A stretch of 64,000 bases of DNA from Trichormus sp. ATA11-4-KO1 (GTDB lineage Bacteria > Cyanobacteriota > Cyanobacteriia > Cyanobacteriales > Nostocaceae): the NCBI GenBank assembly GCA_019358915.1, contig JAHHIM010000003.1:64001-128000 (forward strand), in the 5' to 3' direction. Shown in pieces: positions 10,310-21,867 of this stretch. Below the pieces are notes generated by a model. It searched no databases and was not told the DNA's origin. It was given only the letters and a program-made list of their open reading frames with translations. Numbering within the stretch: position 1 is the stretch's first letter; each line of letters starts with the position of its first letter. Position numbers and translations under genes: made by a program.

Positions 10310-11476
10310 ATGCCCCTGTCTGACACAATACCTGCTCTACTTGTCTTGGCAGATGGAACCACTTATCACGGTTGGTCTTTTGGTGCGACGGGAACCACAA
10401 TCGGAGAAGTGGTATTCAACACTGGCATGACTGGATATCAAGAAGTCCTGACTGATCCTAGTTACTGCGGTCAAATTGTCATTTTTACCTATCCTGAACT
10501 GGGAAATACCGGCGTCAATCCTGAAGACGAGGAATCAGATCGGCCGCAAGTGCAAGGAGCGATCGCTCGCAATATTTGTTACCAACCAAGTAACTGGCGA
10601 TCAACACAATCCTTACCTGATTACCTTAATCAGCACCAAATACCAGGGATCTACGGTATCGATACCCGTGCCCTCACCCGCAAAATCCGCATGTTTGGAG
10701 CCATGAACGGTGGCATTTCCACAGAAATTCTGGATGAAGCGGAATTACTTGAGCAGGTACAGGGAGCACCCAGCATGGCTGGGTCAAATCTGGTGCACCA
10801 AGTTACCACCCCTACGGTGTATGAATGGTCAGATCCCACAATTCCCGCATGGGAATTCAACGCAAAATCCGTACCAACTGTTGAGGAAGCTTTCACTGTT
10901 GTCGCCCTTGACTTTGGTGTAAAACGCAATATCTTGCGCCGCCTAGTCAGTTACGGTTGCCGGGTAATCGTTGTTCCGGCTCATACGCCACCAGAGGAAA
11001 TTCTTAACCATAACCCAGATGGCATCTTTCTTTCCAATGGACCTGGTGATCCTGCCGCAGTAACTGAAGGCATTGCAACTGCCAAGGCATTGCTGGAAAG
11101 CCAAAAACCCATGTTTGGCATTTGTATGGGACACCAAATTTTAGGTCATGCCCTCGGAGCAGCAACTTATAAACTCAAATTTGGCCATCGTGGTTTAAAT
11201 CAGCCGGCAGGACTACAGCAAAGGGTAGAAATTACCAGCCAAAACCACAGTTTTGCCATTGACCCAGATTCTTTACCTGACGGACTTTTGGAAATCAGCC
11301 ACCTCAACCTCAACGATCGCACCGTTGCTGGGGTACGTCACAAGTCCCTGCCCATATTCTCCGTTCAATATCACCCAGAGGCAAGTCCCGGCCCTCACGA
11401 TGCTGACTACTTATTTGAGCAGTTTGTCCAAGCAATGCGAACAGCACGTACATCGCAGACAGCCGAGATGAGGTAA
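10310..11476 (+). CDS. carA: Carbamoyl-phosphate synthase small subunit
   Basis: [39 protein letters not shown]. Confidence 0.97.
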   Translation: MPLSDTIPALLVLADGTTYHGWSFGATGTTIGEVVFNTGMTGYQEVLTDPSYCGQIVIFTYPELGNTGVNPEDEESDRPQVQGAIARNICYQPSNWRSTQSLPDYLNQHQIPGIYGIDTRALTRKIRMFGAMNGGISTEILDEAELLEQVQGAPSMAGSNLVHQVTTPTVYEWSDPTIPAWEFNAKSVPTVEEAFTVVALDFGVKRNILRRLVSYGCRVIVVPAHTPPEEILNHNPDGIFLSNGPGDPAAVTEGIATAKALLESQKPMFGICMGHQILGHALGAATYKLKFGHRGLNQPAGLQQRVEITSQNHSFAIDPDSLPDGLLEISHLNLNDRTVAGVRHKSLPIFSVQYHPEASPGPHDADYLFEQFVQAMRTARTSQTAEMR

Positions 11477-11819
11477 AAAGGGAGTGGGGAGTAGGGAGTG
11501 GGGGACAAGGGGACAAGGCGAGATTACTAATATTAAGTTCTTCCCCCCCCCATCCCCCCAGGGCTGTTTCATTCGCTTGTGTTGGAGATTTGTCAAGAGG
11601 ATAATCTCACGCAAAGGCGCAAAGACGCAAAGAAAAATCAGGTATTTCGGACTGAAGATGCCAAAATTTTCGGTTTTAATTGTGGATTTGCCCTTGCAAT
11701 TTTAACCCTTTTAGGGAACGAATCAGCCCTGCCCATCTCCCTTACCCCAGCAGATTGTAGACAAATTGTCCCAAAACCATCTATACTGGAGCGTTCACTT
11801 TAACCATGAGGAGGGAATT

Positions 11820-12182
11820 ATTGCTGAGCCACTGAATCTAACCGTGAGCCTGAGAGGCACTCGTGAAGCCCGGGATAACTGTCAGCTATTCCGCCTCACA
11901 GGTTTGTTAGACGCATTTTCTGAGCCGACATTTCGCAAAGTACTTGGCAATAAAATTGATGAGGGTCCAAAGCATATTATTCTGGATCTTTCACAAATTG
12001 ACTTTGTTGATAGCTCCGGCTTGGGCGCTCTGGTGCAGCTAGCCAAGCAAGCTCAAACTGCCGGCGGTACTCTGCAAATTGTCACGAATGCCCGAGTGAC
12101 TCAAACGGTCAAGCTTGTTCGCTTAGAGAAGTTTCTAGCGCTGCAAACTTCAGTTGACGCAGCTCTAGAAAACATCAAGTAG
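11820..12182 (+). CDS. STAS-domain anti-sigma factor antagonist (start codon uncertain, possibly ATT)
   Basis: LDLSQIDFVDSSGLGAL motif; GAGGAGG at 11808-11814 precedes in-frame ATT. Confidence 0.88.
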   Translation: MAEPLNLTVSLRGTREARDNCQLFRLTGLLDAFSEPTFRKVLGNKIDEGPKHIILDLSQIDFVDSSGLGALVQLAKQAQTAGGTLQIVTNARVTQTVKLVRLEKFLALQTSVDAALENIK

Positions 12183-12589
12183 TCATGATCGTTTGTTGGG
12201 AGAAATCAATTTAGCTATCCGTTGTTTTATCTGGTTAGCTTAATTTTTAGAAACGCTGACAAAAGACCTCTCTCCTTGCGAGAGAGGTTTACAAATCCAG
12301 GAGACCAAAATACTGATAAAATAAATGAAGAATACCTCTTGCTCAAAGGAGTGTGGCTTTTAGATGGTATTCATAAACAATCATTATTGGTAGACAAAAC
12401 TAGCAAATTTATTCTCAAAATTTAGCAAAAAGAAATTTCAGTAAAATAGGTAGGTAAGCGTATATAGTAGAATACTGATCAATGTAATTCCTTCCTCTTC
12501 TTACTCAGCAATCAGAACTGAGTGAGGTAAATCAGCAATTAAAAAAGATAAAATTAGTAAATACTATTTGATCGTCTTGATTATGCTAG

Positions 12590-13153
12590 GTGTACCAACA
12601 TGGCTGGCTTCAGGAAAAACAAGTCTCAGGAACGATGCCTGCCAACTGTAGCCCGTTAAGGAATGATGAATTTGTGAGATCCCAGGAGAACGAGCTACTA
12701 GATGGACAAGATGAAACTTCCACGCCAGATTCATCTTGGAATCAAGCACTGTTGGCAACCGCAGGTCCATTAGCCCTAGAGATTTCTCGGTCGCAAATCC
12801 AGCAAATTTCTCCCACTGCTTTAGCTTATTTAGGCGATGCAATTTATGAACTGTATGTTAGGATGTTCTATCTGCTGCCTATGCAGCGCACAGACACTTA
12901 CCATCGTTTAGTCGTGGCACAGGTAAGAGCCGAAGCGCAAGCGCTACATTTGCGATCGCTTACTCCTCATCTGAGTCCAGCCGAACTAGAAATTGTCCGA
13001 CGAGGCCGTAACGCCACCTCAGGTCGCCCTAAGCGGGTTGATCCCGAAATTTATCAGCAAGCAACAAGTTTAGAGACTTTAATTGGCTACCTTTATCTTA
13101 CCGATTCCCCACGATTAACCGAATTGTTGCAAAAACTCCATCTAGAGAAATAG
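12590..13153 (+). CDS. mrnC: Mini-ribonuclease III
   Basis: LAYLGDAIYELYVR, RRGRNA, ATSLETLIGYLYL; upstream of rlmB; start uncertain. Confidence 0.9.
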   Translation: MYQHGWLQEKQVSGTMPANCSPLRNDEFVRSQENELLDGQDETSTPDSSWNQALLATAGPLALEISRSQIQQISPTALAYLGDAIYELYVRMFYLLPMQRTDTYHRLVVAQVRAEAQALHLRSLTPHLSPAELEIVRRGRNATSGRPKRVDPEIYQQATSLETLIGYLYLTDSPRLTELLQKLHLEK

Positions 13154-13249
13154 TCAGCGACTCAATCTCATGATAGGAAAATCAGCACTTGAGGTTCAGT
13201 AAATTCAAAGAATCGGCATGTTCATTCATCAGCTATAACCGAAACTCAT

Positions 13250-14218
13250 ATGACTAGTAAACCAAGGAAAATTCAAACTCCTAGTGAGCCGAATCGTGGA
13301 CAACCCCTAAAACTGAAGGGCAAGCGTGTGATTACTAATTCTATTCGCAGCCCTCGACATGAAGATAGGGAAAATAAACCCGTCTCTGGTAGTTCACACC
13401 CACATCGCCACTTCTCTCATGCAGCACCATCTCCAAAACAAGCAGAAGATAGCGATCTCATCTATGGTCGCCATCCAGTTTTGAGCGCCTTGGAAAGTCA
13501 ACGCAATCTCAACCGCATCTGGATTACTACCCGTTTGCGCTACGATCACCGCTTTCATCATCTGATTCTCCAAGCCAAGGAACATGGTACAGTCATTGAT
13601 GAAGTAGAACCTAGACGCTTAGACCAAATTACCGATGGGGCAAACCATCAAGGTATAGCAGCCCAAATTGCCCCCTATGCTTACATTGAATTACCTGATT
13701 TAATTGCCCAAGCAAAATCTGTAACTGATCCCGTAATTGTGGTAGCTGATGGGATCACTGACCCCCAGAACCTGGGAGCAATTATTCGCACTGCCGAAGC
13801 CATCGGTGCACAGGGATTGGTGATCCCCCAACGCAGAGCAGCTGGGATCACTTCCACCGTGGTCAAAGTCGCAGCAGGTGCTTTAGAAAACTTTCCTGTA
13901 GCTAGAGTAGTTAATCTCAGCCGTGCCTTAGAAGAATTGAAAGAGGCTGGTTTTTGGATTTACGGCACCGCCGCTACTGGCAGCGAACCTCTGCACACAG
14001 TTAATTTCAGTGGCCCTATTGTTCTGGTAGTTGGCTCTGAAGGCGAAGGTTTGAGCATGTTAACACAACGCTCCTGCGATGTCTTGGTGTCAATACCCCT
14101 GCTGGGTAAAACCCCTAGTCTCAATGCCTCAGTGGCGGCGGGTATGGCGCTTTATGAAATCTATCGCCAACGGTCATTAAACACTTTATACCTAGATAAA
14201 TTACAAAAACCTCTTTAA
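13250..14218 (+). CDS. rlmB: 23S rRNA (G2251-2'-O)-methyltransferase, TrmH family
   Basis: [32 protein letters not shown]. Confidence 0.93.
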   Translation: MTSKPRKIQTPSEPNRGQPLKLKGKRVITNSIRSPRHEDRENKPVSGSSHPHRHFSHAAPSPKQAEDSDLIYGRHPVLSALESQRNLNRIWITTRLRYDHRFHHLILQAKEHGTVIDEVEPRRLDQITDGANHQGIAAQIAPYAYIELPDLIAQAKSVTDPVIVVADGITDPQNLGAIIRTAEAIGAQGLVIPQRRAAGITSTVVKVAAGALENFPVARVVNLSRALEELKEAGFWIYGTAATGSEPLHTVNFSGPIVLVVGSEGEGLSMLTQRSCDVLVSIPLLGKTPSLNASVAAGMALYEIYRQRSLNTLYLDKLQKPL

Positions 14219-14317
14219 AAAATAAGAGTAAAAGAGTATAAAGAAATGTAAAAGAAAAAACATCACCATATCCTTTCCTTTAATATTCAGTACCACATTG
14301 ATAAATCGGCGACAACC

Positions 14318-14620
14318 ATGAAAACGATTTGGGATAACCTGAAGGAATCTTTGATTAACACATTTCACAACCTAGGCTTAGCTTGGTGGGTTGAGATTGT
14401 CACGCAAAATCCCCGTTGTACCTACTACTTCGGGCCATTTCTGAGTTCTGCTGATGCCAAAGTAGCCCTTAAAGGCTACGTAGAAGATTTGGAGGTCGAA
14501 GGGGCACAAGGAATACTTGTGAATGTGAAGCGCTGTAAACCTGGTAATTTAACCATTGCCGAAGACTTGGGGGAAAGGATTGACCGCAAAGTAAAGCCTG
14601 CCTTTAGCGGTCAGATTTAA
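14318..14620 (+). CDS. DUF1816 family protein
   Basis: WWVEIVT..P.CTYYFGPF...GYVEDL..EGA..I...VKRC.P pattern. Confidence 0.85.
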   Translation: MKTIWDNLKESLINTFHNLGLAWWVEIVTQNPRCTYYFGPFLSSADAKVALKGYVEDLEVEGAQGILVNVKRCKPGNLTIAEDLGERIDRKVKPAFSGQI

Positions 14621-14713
14621 TTGAAATTCACAGGCTCTTATAGTTCCCAGGCTGAATTGGGAACTATGGACTCAAAAATTCAGCGAAATTGGACAAAATT
14701 TGAGGCTTTCCAC

Positions 14714-14853
14714 CTTTGTGCGCCAGTTGCTACAAGTCGGCGGAGCCGCCCAAAGCACTGGCTCGTCTTAGTGTCTTTGTGGTTCAAAAGTTATTTTTTA
14801 CCACTAAGACACTAAGACACCAAGAAGAATACATTACACCTTGAAAGGGCTAG
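14714..14853. mobile_element. About 140-nt MITE-like composite repeat, copy 1
   Basis: Closely similar to 31297-31438; contains the GCCAGT...ACTGGC hairpin and ends ACATTACACCTTGAAAGGGCTAG. Confidence 0.8.
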
Positions 14854-14872
14854 TTTTAGCCTTAACTAGCTT

Positions 14873-16606
14873 TTATTCAGTATATATACGTGGGGTATAC
14901 ACAAAGATTTCACCATTATGGCGCAGTATAGTTCGGGTTTGCGTAGAACCAACTAAAATCACTGTCCGCATATCGGCTACTTCTGGTATTAACTCCTGAA
15001 GTTTGATTACCTTGACCATTTGTCCTGGTCTGCCAAGGTTCCGTGCTACTACTACAGGAGTATCAGGGGTTCTATACCGCAATAAGATATTTCTTGCTGC
15101 TGCCAGTTGCCAGGTGCGCTCTTGGGAAACAGGATTGTAGAAGGCGATCGCCAAATCAGCTTGGGCTGCCGCCGCAATTCTTTGTGCGATAATTGACCAG
15201 GGTTTTAAAATGTCAGACAAGGAAATCGCGCAGAAGTCATGCCCTAAAGGCGCACCGATTGCCGCAGATGCAGCTTGCATTGCGGAGATACCCGGTGCAA
15301 CATGAATTTCGATACTTTCCCATTCTGGTTTATTGTGGCGATCGCATACCTCAAATACAGCCGCAGCCATTGCATAGATACCCGGATCACCAGAGGAGAC
15401 AACTGCTACATATCGCCCTGTTGCTGCCAAATCTAGTGCCATTGTTGCTCGGGAAATTTCTTGGCGGTTGTCTGATTCATGGCGTTGTTTGCCATCAGCG
15501 AGAGAACCAACTAAATCTAGGTATGTTTTGTAACCCACTAGATCAGTTGCCGACTTGAGTATTTCTTTCACTTCCGGAGACATCCACTGTGAACCACCAG
15601 GGCCAGTGCCAATAATTGCTAATCTTCCTTGTGGTTGACCAATGGTGTGGGGATCGATGGGTGCAGGGGCAATGGCTATGGCTACATGGGGAGATGTCGA
15701 TGCGATCGCGGCTGACCGCAGGGTGGGAGATGCGGAAGTTACAGTGTAGGCTATGGCTTGGGCAGGGCTATAACCTTGTGATAGGAAACTTTTTAATTGA
15801 TTTGGGGTGAAGAAGCGGGTAGGCACATTGAAGGCTTGAGCAATGGCTTTTATGGCTGGGTTTGCTGCTATGGTGATGGGAGCAAAAAGCCCGGCTACTG
15901 ATGCGGGGGCGAGTTCAGCATCGGTTAGTAGCTGTTGTACTAAAGCTACATCCACAGTGTCACTAATGGCGATCGCTATGGTTGCTGGGTGATAAACCAA
16001 GCAGTTGGGTGTGAGAGTTACTAAGCGTTCTGTAATCTGGATGGTCAAATTGCCGTTGGGGTCTATGGGTAGTTGACTATTACTCAACCAGGGCGCTGTA
16101 CCTTCAAGCTTCACCTGTGCCCCAGCTAGTAAATCTGAGATAAATTTCTTGGCATCGTCTGGGTTGGCTAAATAATATCCAGGGGGCGGAGATAGTAACG
16201 CTGTGTGGAAACGAATATCACCTGTAGTGGTAATTGCAGGTTTAACATGCAGGGACTCAGCAATCCGCCGCGCCAAATCATTCACGCCACTAAGTCCGCC
16301 CAAAAGCGGCACAACAGCACTACCATCTTCAGCTACAGCTAACACTGGCGGTTCCTGCTTTTTATCGGCAAGCATTGGTGCTAGTGTTCTAATCAGGATA
16401 CCAGTGGCACAAATACCAATTAGAGGCGTTCCCTGTGCAAATAACTCCCGCAGTGTGTCACCAAAATTTGTGAAGCTGACATCCACGTCAGATGTGCGAC
16501 CTGCCAACCCGTATAATGTCGCCCCTGGGAGGACGCTGATGATTTTACGGGCGACTGACACACTATTTTGTCCCAGGATCACAACGGCAGGTGCCATCTT
16601 GGTCAT
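14873..16606 (-). CDS. cobJ: CbiG/CobJ fusion, precorrin-3B C17-methyltransferase
   Basis: N-terminal CbiG-like (EPPVLAVAEDG, AITTTGD); C-terminal IGTGPG, SSGDPGIY, PLGHDFCAISLSD. Confidence 0.92.
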   Translation of the reverse strand: MTKMAPAVVILGQNSVSVARKIISVLPGATLYGLAGRTSDVDVSFTNFGDTLRELFAQGTPLIGICATGILIRTLAPMLADKKQEPPVLAVAEDGSAVVPLLGGLSGVNDLARRIAESLHVKPAITTTGDIRFHTALLSPPPGYYLANPDDAKKFISDLLAGAQVKLEGTAPWLSNSQLPIDPNGNLTIQITERLVTLTPNCLVYHPATIAIAISDTVDVALVQQLLTDAELAPASVAGLFAPITIAANPAIKAIAQAFNVPTRFFTPNQLKSFLSQGYSPAQAIAYTVTSASPTLRSAAIASTSPHVAIAIAPAPIDPHTIGQPQGRLAIIGTGPGGSQWMSPEVKEILKSATDLVGYKTYLDLVGSLADGKQRHESDNRQEISRATMALDLAATGRYVAVVSSGDPGIYAMAAAVFEVCDRHNKPEWESIEIHVAPGISAMQAASAAIGAPLGHDFCAISLSDILKPWSIIAQRIAAAAQADLAIAFYNPVSQERTWQLAAARNILLRYRTPDTPVVVARNLGRPGQMVKVIKLQELIPEVADMRTVILVGSTQTRTILRHNGEIFVYTPRIYTE

Positions 16607-16633
16607 TTACTTACCTTTATTCTCAAAAGTGGG

Positions 16634-17230
16634 CTAATTTGCCCAACCTACATAAGGTAGTTTCGCAGCTGTTGCCCGAACTTGGTTAGCATTAGCTACT
16701 AACTGACCACAAGCATCCCAAGTCCCAGCAATGAAAGTGCTTCTTGTCCCTTCACCCATGACAACTGGGGCAATATAATCACCAACTTGCACTTGTAAAT
16801 TTTCTAAATTCACTGTCACACTTACTTGGGGATTGGCAGCTACGAGTTCTTGTAGTTGTTTAACGGTGGCTGCATCAGCTGTGACGCAGGGTATCCCCAT
16901 GGCTACACAGTTACCAAAAAAGATTTCTGCAAAGCTTTCACCTATTAAAGCTTGAATTCCCCATTTAGCGATCGCTTGGGGTGCGTGTTCTCGTGATGAA
17001 CCACAGCCAAAGTTACGGTTAACTATTAAAACTTTTGCCCCTTGGTATTGGGGTTGGTCAAAGGGATGCTCTCCGTTTAAGGCTTTGCGGTCATCGATAA
17101 ATGCACCTTCACCTAATCCATCAAAGGTGATAGCTTTTAAATAGCGGGCGGGAATGATGCGATCTGTATCGATGTCATCGCCAACTAGGGGTACAGCACG
17201 CCCAGAAATTTCTTTAACTTCACTGACCAT
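16634..17230 (-). CDS. leuD: 3-isopropylmalate dehydratase small subunit
   Basis: [27 protein letters not shown]. Confidence 0.97.
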   Translation of the reverse strand: MVSEVKEISGRAVPLVGDDIDTDRIIPARYLKAITFDGLGEGAFIDDRKALNGEHPFDQPQYQGAKVLIVNRNFGCGSSREHAPQAIAKWGIQALIGESFAEIFFGNCVAMGIPCVTADAATVKQLQELVAANPQVSVTVNLENLQVQVGDYIAPVVMGEGTRSTFIAGTWDACGQLVANANQVRATAAKLPYVGWAN

Positions 17231-17329
17231 AGATTTAAATTTTTACGGGAATGATTGCTTTGTGATTGAGGCAAAATTTTGAAAAAATCAACCGCAGAGG
17301 ACACAGAGGAAACGGAGATCAATGTAAGG

Positions 17330-18733
17330 TTACAGCAACTCACGCACATCAGATACTTCTCCTTTAATCGCCGCAGTAGCAACCATTGCCGGACTCATGA
17401 GTAATGTACGACCAGAGGATGAACCTTGTCGTCCTTTGAAGTTGCGGTTGGAGGAAGAAGCGCTGATTTGTCTTCCTTGTAATTTGTCGGGGTTCATGGC
17501 CAGACACATAGAACATCCTGGTTCGCGCCACTCAAATCCGGCTGCTTGGAAGATTTTGTCTAGTCCTTCGGCTTCGGCTTCTTGCTTCACTCGTTCGGAA
17601 CCAGGAACCACAAAGGCTTTGACTCCCTCAGCGACGCGACGACCTTGAGCAATTTTCGCAGCTTCCCGCAGATCGCTGATTCTGCCATTGGTGCAGCTAC
17701 CAATAAAGCAGACATCAATTTTAGTGCCCTTTATCGGTTGACCGGGAAACAAATCCATGTATCGGTAAGCTTCTTCGGCAACAAATCGGTCTTCTTCTGG
17801 CAGTTCTTCAGGTTTGGGGATGAACTGGTTAACTCCAATACCTTGACCGGGAGTAATTCCCCAGGTCACTGTTGGGGGAATATCAGCAGCATCAAATACT
17901 ACGACATCATCATATTCCGCATCAGCATCACTCTTGATGGATTCCCACCAAGCTACGGCTTGCTGCCAATCTGCGCCTTTGGGGGCAAAGTCTCTATTTT
18001 TTAAGTAATCATAGGTGACTTGATCAGGGTTGACGTAACCACACCTGGCACCACCTTCAATTGCCATGTTACAAACGGTCATCCTCTCTTCCATGTTCAT
18101 TTGGGCAAAGGTGGTGCCGGCATATTCGTAGGCATAACCTACACCACCTTTCACGCCCAGTGTGCGAATAATATGCAGAATGACATCTTTGGCGTAAACA
18201 CCAGGATTTAAAGTACCGTTGACTTCAATTTTGCGGACTTTCAGTTTAGATAAAGCTAGAGTTTGAGAGGCGAGAACATCGCGCACTTGACTAGTACCAA
18301 TCCCAAAGGCGATCGCACCGAATGCCCCATGACTAGATGTGTGGCTATCTCCACAGGCGATGGTCATACCTGGCTGGGTCAGTCCTTGTTCTGGGGCGAT
18401 GACGTGGACTATACCTTGACTACCAGAACCAATGTTATAAAAAGTAATATTATTTTCTTGACAGTTTTGTTCCAGTGCTTGGATCATCTCTTCTGCCAAG
18501 CGATCGGCAAATGGCCGTGCCTGATTTTCCGTAGGTACTATGTGATCAACTGTGGCCACAGTCCGCTCAGGAAACAGTACTTTTAGACCCCGCTCGCGTA
18601 ACATCGCAAAGGCTTGGGGACTTGTGACTTCATGAATCAGGTGAAGTCCAATAAATAGTTGTGTCAGTCCTGAAGGAAGTGTACCAACAGTGTGTAAGTG
18701 CCAAACTTTATCAAACAGGGTACCTTTGCTCAT
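17330..18733 (-). CDS. leuC: 3-isopropylmalate dehydratase large subunit
   Basis: [32 protein letters not shown]. Confidence 0.98.
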   Translation of the reverse strand: MSKGTLFDKVWHLHTVGTLPSGLTQLFIGLHLIHEVTSPQAFAMLRERGLKVLFPERTVATVDHIVPTENQARPFADRLAEEMIQALEQNCQENNITFYNIGSGSQGIVHVIAPEQGLTQPGMTIACGDSHTSSHGAFGAIAFGIGTSQVRDVLASQTLALSKLKVRKIEVNGTLNPGVYAKDVILHIIRTLGVKGGVGYAYEYAGTTFAQMNMEERMTVCNMAIEGGARCGYVNPDQVTYDYLKNRDFAPKGADWQQAVAWWESIKSDADAEYDDVVVFDAADIPPTVTWGITPGQGIGVNQFIPKPEELPEEDRFVAEEAYRYMDLFPGQPIKGTKIDVCFIGSCTNGRISDLREAAKIAQGRRVAEGVKAFVVPGSERVKQEAEAEGLDKIFQAAGFEWREPGCSMCLAMNPDKLQGRQISASSSNRNFKGRQGSSSGRTLLMSPAMVATAAIKGEVSDVRELL

Positions 18734-18877
18734 AGGTTAATGTAACTACTCATAATCAAATTTTTAACGCTGTCACAACTAGGCGCGTTCTGAAGATATC
18801 CAGACCATCAAAAAGCTTTAAGGGTGCTAACTGCTACTATACAACCAGTTAACACCCTATAAAACATTTCATTAAAG

Positions 18878-18950
<73 letters not shown>

Positions 18951-19084
18951 ATTTCTCTTACAGTTAAATATCATAGCAAAATATTTTTGATCGCGCTAGT
19001 ACTTTTGGGAAAAATATTTTTTTAGCTTATAATCACTCAGGAAGGAAGCACGGGTTTACACCCGCGACGTTAACAACACTGAGA

Positions 19085-19675
19085 ATGCCCTCTGGTCGAA
19101 CGCACGATCGCATTACTTTATATGCTCTGCCGTTCATTGCTGGTGTGACTTTCTGGCAAACTGGCAGTAGCAATGTGACTTTATTGGTTGCCGGTGGATT
19201 TATGTTTGGTGGGCTGATGTTCGGCCCCGATTTAGATATTTACTCGCGTCAATTCCAACGCTGGGGTTTTTTGCGCTGGATTTGGCTACCTTATCAAAAA
19301 AGTCTTCGTCATCGCTCTTTTTTATCTCACGGGCCGATTATTGGTACTACACTGCGAGTAATTTATCTGGGTTGCTTGCTGGCTATTTTGGCGATTGTAA
19401 TGCTGATGATTGCCCAAAAGTTGGGGAATATTACTTTTACTTGGCAAGATTTAGGTGGGATTTTGGGGCGATCGCTTGCGGTATACGGTACAGAATATCT
19501 GGCTTTATTTTTAGGTTTAGAGTTGGGGGCGATGAGTCATTCTCTTAGCGATTGGGGGGGATCGGCTTATAAGCGGGTGCAAAAGCAGGGGGTTCGGGGG
19601 TGGCTGGCTGGTGGCAAAATTAAGAGGCGTAAAGTGATGAAAAGTGGCGTACGTCGGGCTAGGTCAAAGAGATAA
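19085..19675 (+). CDS. DUF2227 putative metal-binding membrane protein
   Basis: MPSGRTHD, GPDLD, HRSFLSHGP, SHSLSD. Confidence 0.85.
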   Translation: MPSGRTHDRITLYALPFIAGVTFWQTGSSNVTLLVAGGFMFGGLMFGPDLDIYSRQFQRWGFLRWIWLPYQKSLRHRSFLSHGPIIGTTLRVIYLGCLLAILAIVMLMIAQKLGNITFTWQDLGGILGRSLAVYGTEYLALFLGLELGAMSHSLSDWGGSAYKRVQKQGVRGWLAGGKIKRRKVMKSGVRRARSKR

Positions 19676-19706
19676 TTTTTCTAACGCAAAGGTACGCGGA
19701 GGTTTT

Positions 19707-20510
19707 ATGGATGAGAGTTTGGTGGCGTTGCAAGAGTTGATTGAGGTGGTGGCAAAGTTGCGATCGCCTGATGGGGGTTGTCCTTGGGATTTGGCACAAA
19801 CGCCTCAAAGTTTGATTCCTTATGTAATTGAGGAAGCTTATGAGGTGGTGGATGCGATTCGGGAAGGGGATCAAGAGGCGATCGCTGAAGAATTAGGGGA
19901 TTTACTTTTACAGGTGGTTTTGCAAGCTCAAATCGCTGGGGAATTGGGGCAATTTGGTTTGCAGGAAGTCGCTAGGGGGATTTCTCAAAAGTTGATTCGC
20001 CGTCATCCTCATGTGTTTGGTGATGTGTCGGTGGAAAGTGTGGATGAGGTACGGCAAAATTGGGAGGCAATTAAGGCGGCGGAAAAGGGGGAAACTCCAG
20101 AGAAGCATCAACTTAGTGCTAAACTCGCTCGTTATGGCCGGACTCTTCCCCCGTTGATGGCGGCGATGAAGATTTCCCAGAAGGCGGCGGCTGTAGGGTT
20201 TGAGTGGGAAAACATCGATGGGGTCTGGGCGAAGTTTCACGAAGAGTTGGGGGAGTTTCAACAGGCGTTGGCTGAGGAAACACCGGCACGTCAACAAGCT
20301 GAATTAGGTGATTTACTGTTTGCGATTATGCAACTTGCCCGTTGGCATAATCTCGACCCCAGTGCTGCTTTGCAAGGGACAAATCAGCGCTTTGTGCAAC
20401 GTTTACAAAAAATGGAGGCAGTTGTTGACCGCCCCCTTTCTGATTACAGTTTGGATGAGTTAGAGTCTCTATGGCAGCAGGCAAAAGCCCAAATTGCCAA
20501 AGAGCAGTAA
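19707..20510 (+). CDS. mazG: Nucleoside triphosphate pyrophosphohydrolase
   Basis: LRSPDGGCPWD, EEAYEV, EELGDLL, KLIRRHPHVF; tandem MazG domains. Confidence 0.95.
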   Translation: MDESLVALQELIEVVAKLRSPDGGCPWDLAQTPQSLIPYVIEEAYEVVDAIREGDQEAIAEELGDLLLQVVLQAQIAGELGQFGLQEVARGISQKLIRRHPHVFGDVSVESVDEVRQNWEAIKAAEKGETPEKHQLSAKLARYGRTLPPLMAAMKISQKAAAVGFEWENIDGVWAKFHEELGEFQQALAEETPARQQAELGDLLFAIMQLARWHNLDPSAALQGTNQRFVQRLQKMEAVVDRPLSDYSLDELESLWQQAKAQIAKEQ

Positions 20511-20520
20511 TACCTCTAAT

Positions 20521-20721
20521 TTATAATTTGATTGTAACAGTCTTAACTTCGGTGTATTGCTGCCAGCCATATTCGCCTAGTTCGCTATCATTGTGAGGAA
20601 TTGTACCGCCAGTCATGGCAAAAACTTTGCCATTGATGTATTCATAGCGGCAGACTTGTAATGGTTCCCATGCCAGATATTGGTCGATACTCATTGTTTG
20701 AGGTTGAGGTGTGGCAATCAT
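20521..20721 (-). pseudogene. Internally deleted Uma2 family gene
   Basis: Uma2-like N-terminus (RYEYINGKVFAMTGGTIPHN) joined directly to a short tail; only 66 aa. Confidence 0.75.
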
Positions 20722-20787
20722 TCTATCAAGACCACAAATAATTAATCACAAATTCTTGATTATCATGCCGATTTTGGCAAATTTCTC

Positions 20788-21651
20788 ATGCGTCGAGATT
20801 CGATATTTTATAAACTGTTTCAGCAATCACCCAGTTTGTTATTTGAACTATTGACAAATCCACCGAGTAATGCAGATGAATATATATTTGATTCAGTAGC
20901 AGTCAAAGAACCAAAATTTGAGATTGACGGGGTATTTTTACCACCACAAAATCAAAGTCCTGGGGTGGTGTATTTCTGCGAGGTGCAATTTCAAAAAGAC
21001 GAAAGGCTTTACGAGAGAGTATTTGCGGAATCTTGGTTATATTTCTACCGCAACCGTGACAGGTTTAGTAATTTACAAATAGTGATAATTTACCCATCCC
21101 GGAGTCTGGAACAGAGCGAGATTAATCCTTATCTCAGTCAACTCAACAGCCCCCAGGTCAATCGGATATATTTGGATGAGTTGGGTGATATTCGCTCTTT
21201 ACCCTTGTGGGTTGCATTGATGGTATTAACTACGCTGGAGGAAGAACGCACTACTGAGGAAGCAAGGTATTTGTTAGCGAGAAGTCAGCAGGAAGCACCT
21301 CAAGCCGAAAATCGTGCCATCATAGATTTATTAACAACGATAATGGTTTATAAATTTGAAGGCAAGAGTCAACGGGAGGTAGAAGAGATGTTGGGAATTA
21401 CACTCCAAGAAACCCGCGTTTACAGGGAAATTAAGCAAGAAGGAATACAAGAAGGAGAACAAAGAGGATTACAAAGAGAAAAATTGCTCGTTTTGCGTCT
21501 ATTAACCCGTCGCGTGGGAGAGTTACCGCAAGATGTTCGTCAGTGTGTTGAATCTCTTTCTTTGGAACAATTAGAAAATCTCGGCGAAGCGTTGCTTGAT
21601 TTTACCAATATGACCGATCTACAAGCTTGGTTGGAAGCATTTGAAAGTTAA
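20788..21651 (+). CDS. Rpn-family PD-(D/E)XK nuclease (DUF2887 + DUF4351), copy 1
   Basis: MRRDSIFYKLF, IDGVFLP, FCEVQFQ; C-terminal EQLENLGEALLDF...WL. Confidence 0.9.
   Translation: MRRDSIFYKLFQQSPSLLFELLTNPPSNADEYIFDSVAVKEPKFEIDGVFLPPQNQSPGVVYFCEVQFQKDERLYERVFAESWLYFYRNRDRFSNLQIVIIYPSRSLEQSEINPYLSQLNSPQVNRIYLDELGDIRSLPLWVALMVLTTLEEERTTEEARYLLARSQQEAPQAENRAIIDLLTTIMVYKFEGKSQREVEEMLGITLQETRVYREIKQEGIQEGEQRGLQREKLLVLRLLTRRVGELPQDVRQCVESLSLEQLENLGEALLDFTNMTDLQAWLEAFES
21388..21651 (+). CDS. Predicted internally initiated small Rpn C-terminal protein, copy 1 (87 aa)
   Basis: GGAGGT at 21375-21380, 7-nt spacer, in-frame ATG at 21388. Confidence 0.55.
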   Translation: MLGITLQETRVYREIKQEGIQEGEQRGLQREKLLVLRLLTRRVGELPQDVRQCVESLSLEQLENLGEALLDFTNMTDLQAWLEAFES

Positions 21652-21867
21652 GTGATAACTGTTAACTATTATTTAGTTTTCCCCAGCTAGTTTTTTGGGG
21701 TTCCGCTTCTCTCCACTCAACCTATGCTCGGATTGCGATCGCCTATATTAATTATGGTTCTTTCGGTAGTTTTATGGTGAATATTAAAAGCTTGGTTGGA
21801 AGCACTCTATCAGTGAGATAATCAATCACAAATTTTTGATTATCATGCCGATTTTGGCAAATTTCTC

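Noticed and set aside
11411..11803. Several short ORFs between carA and the STAS gene
   Set aside because: Built from STRR/octamer repeats; no protein-like features
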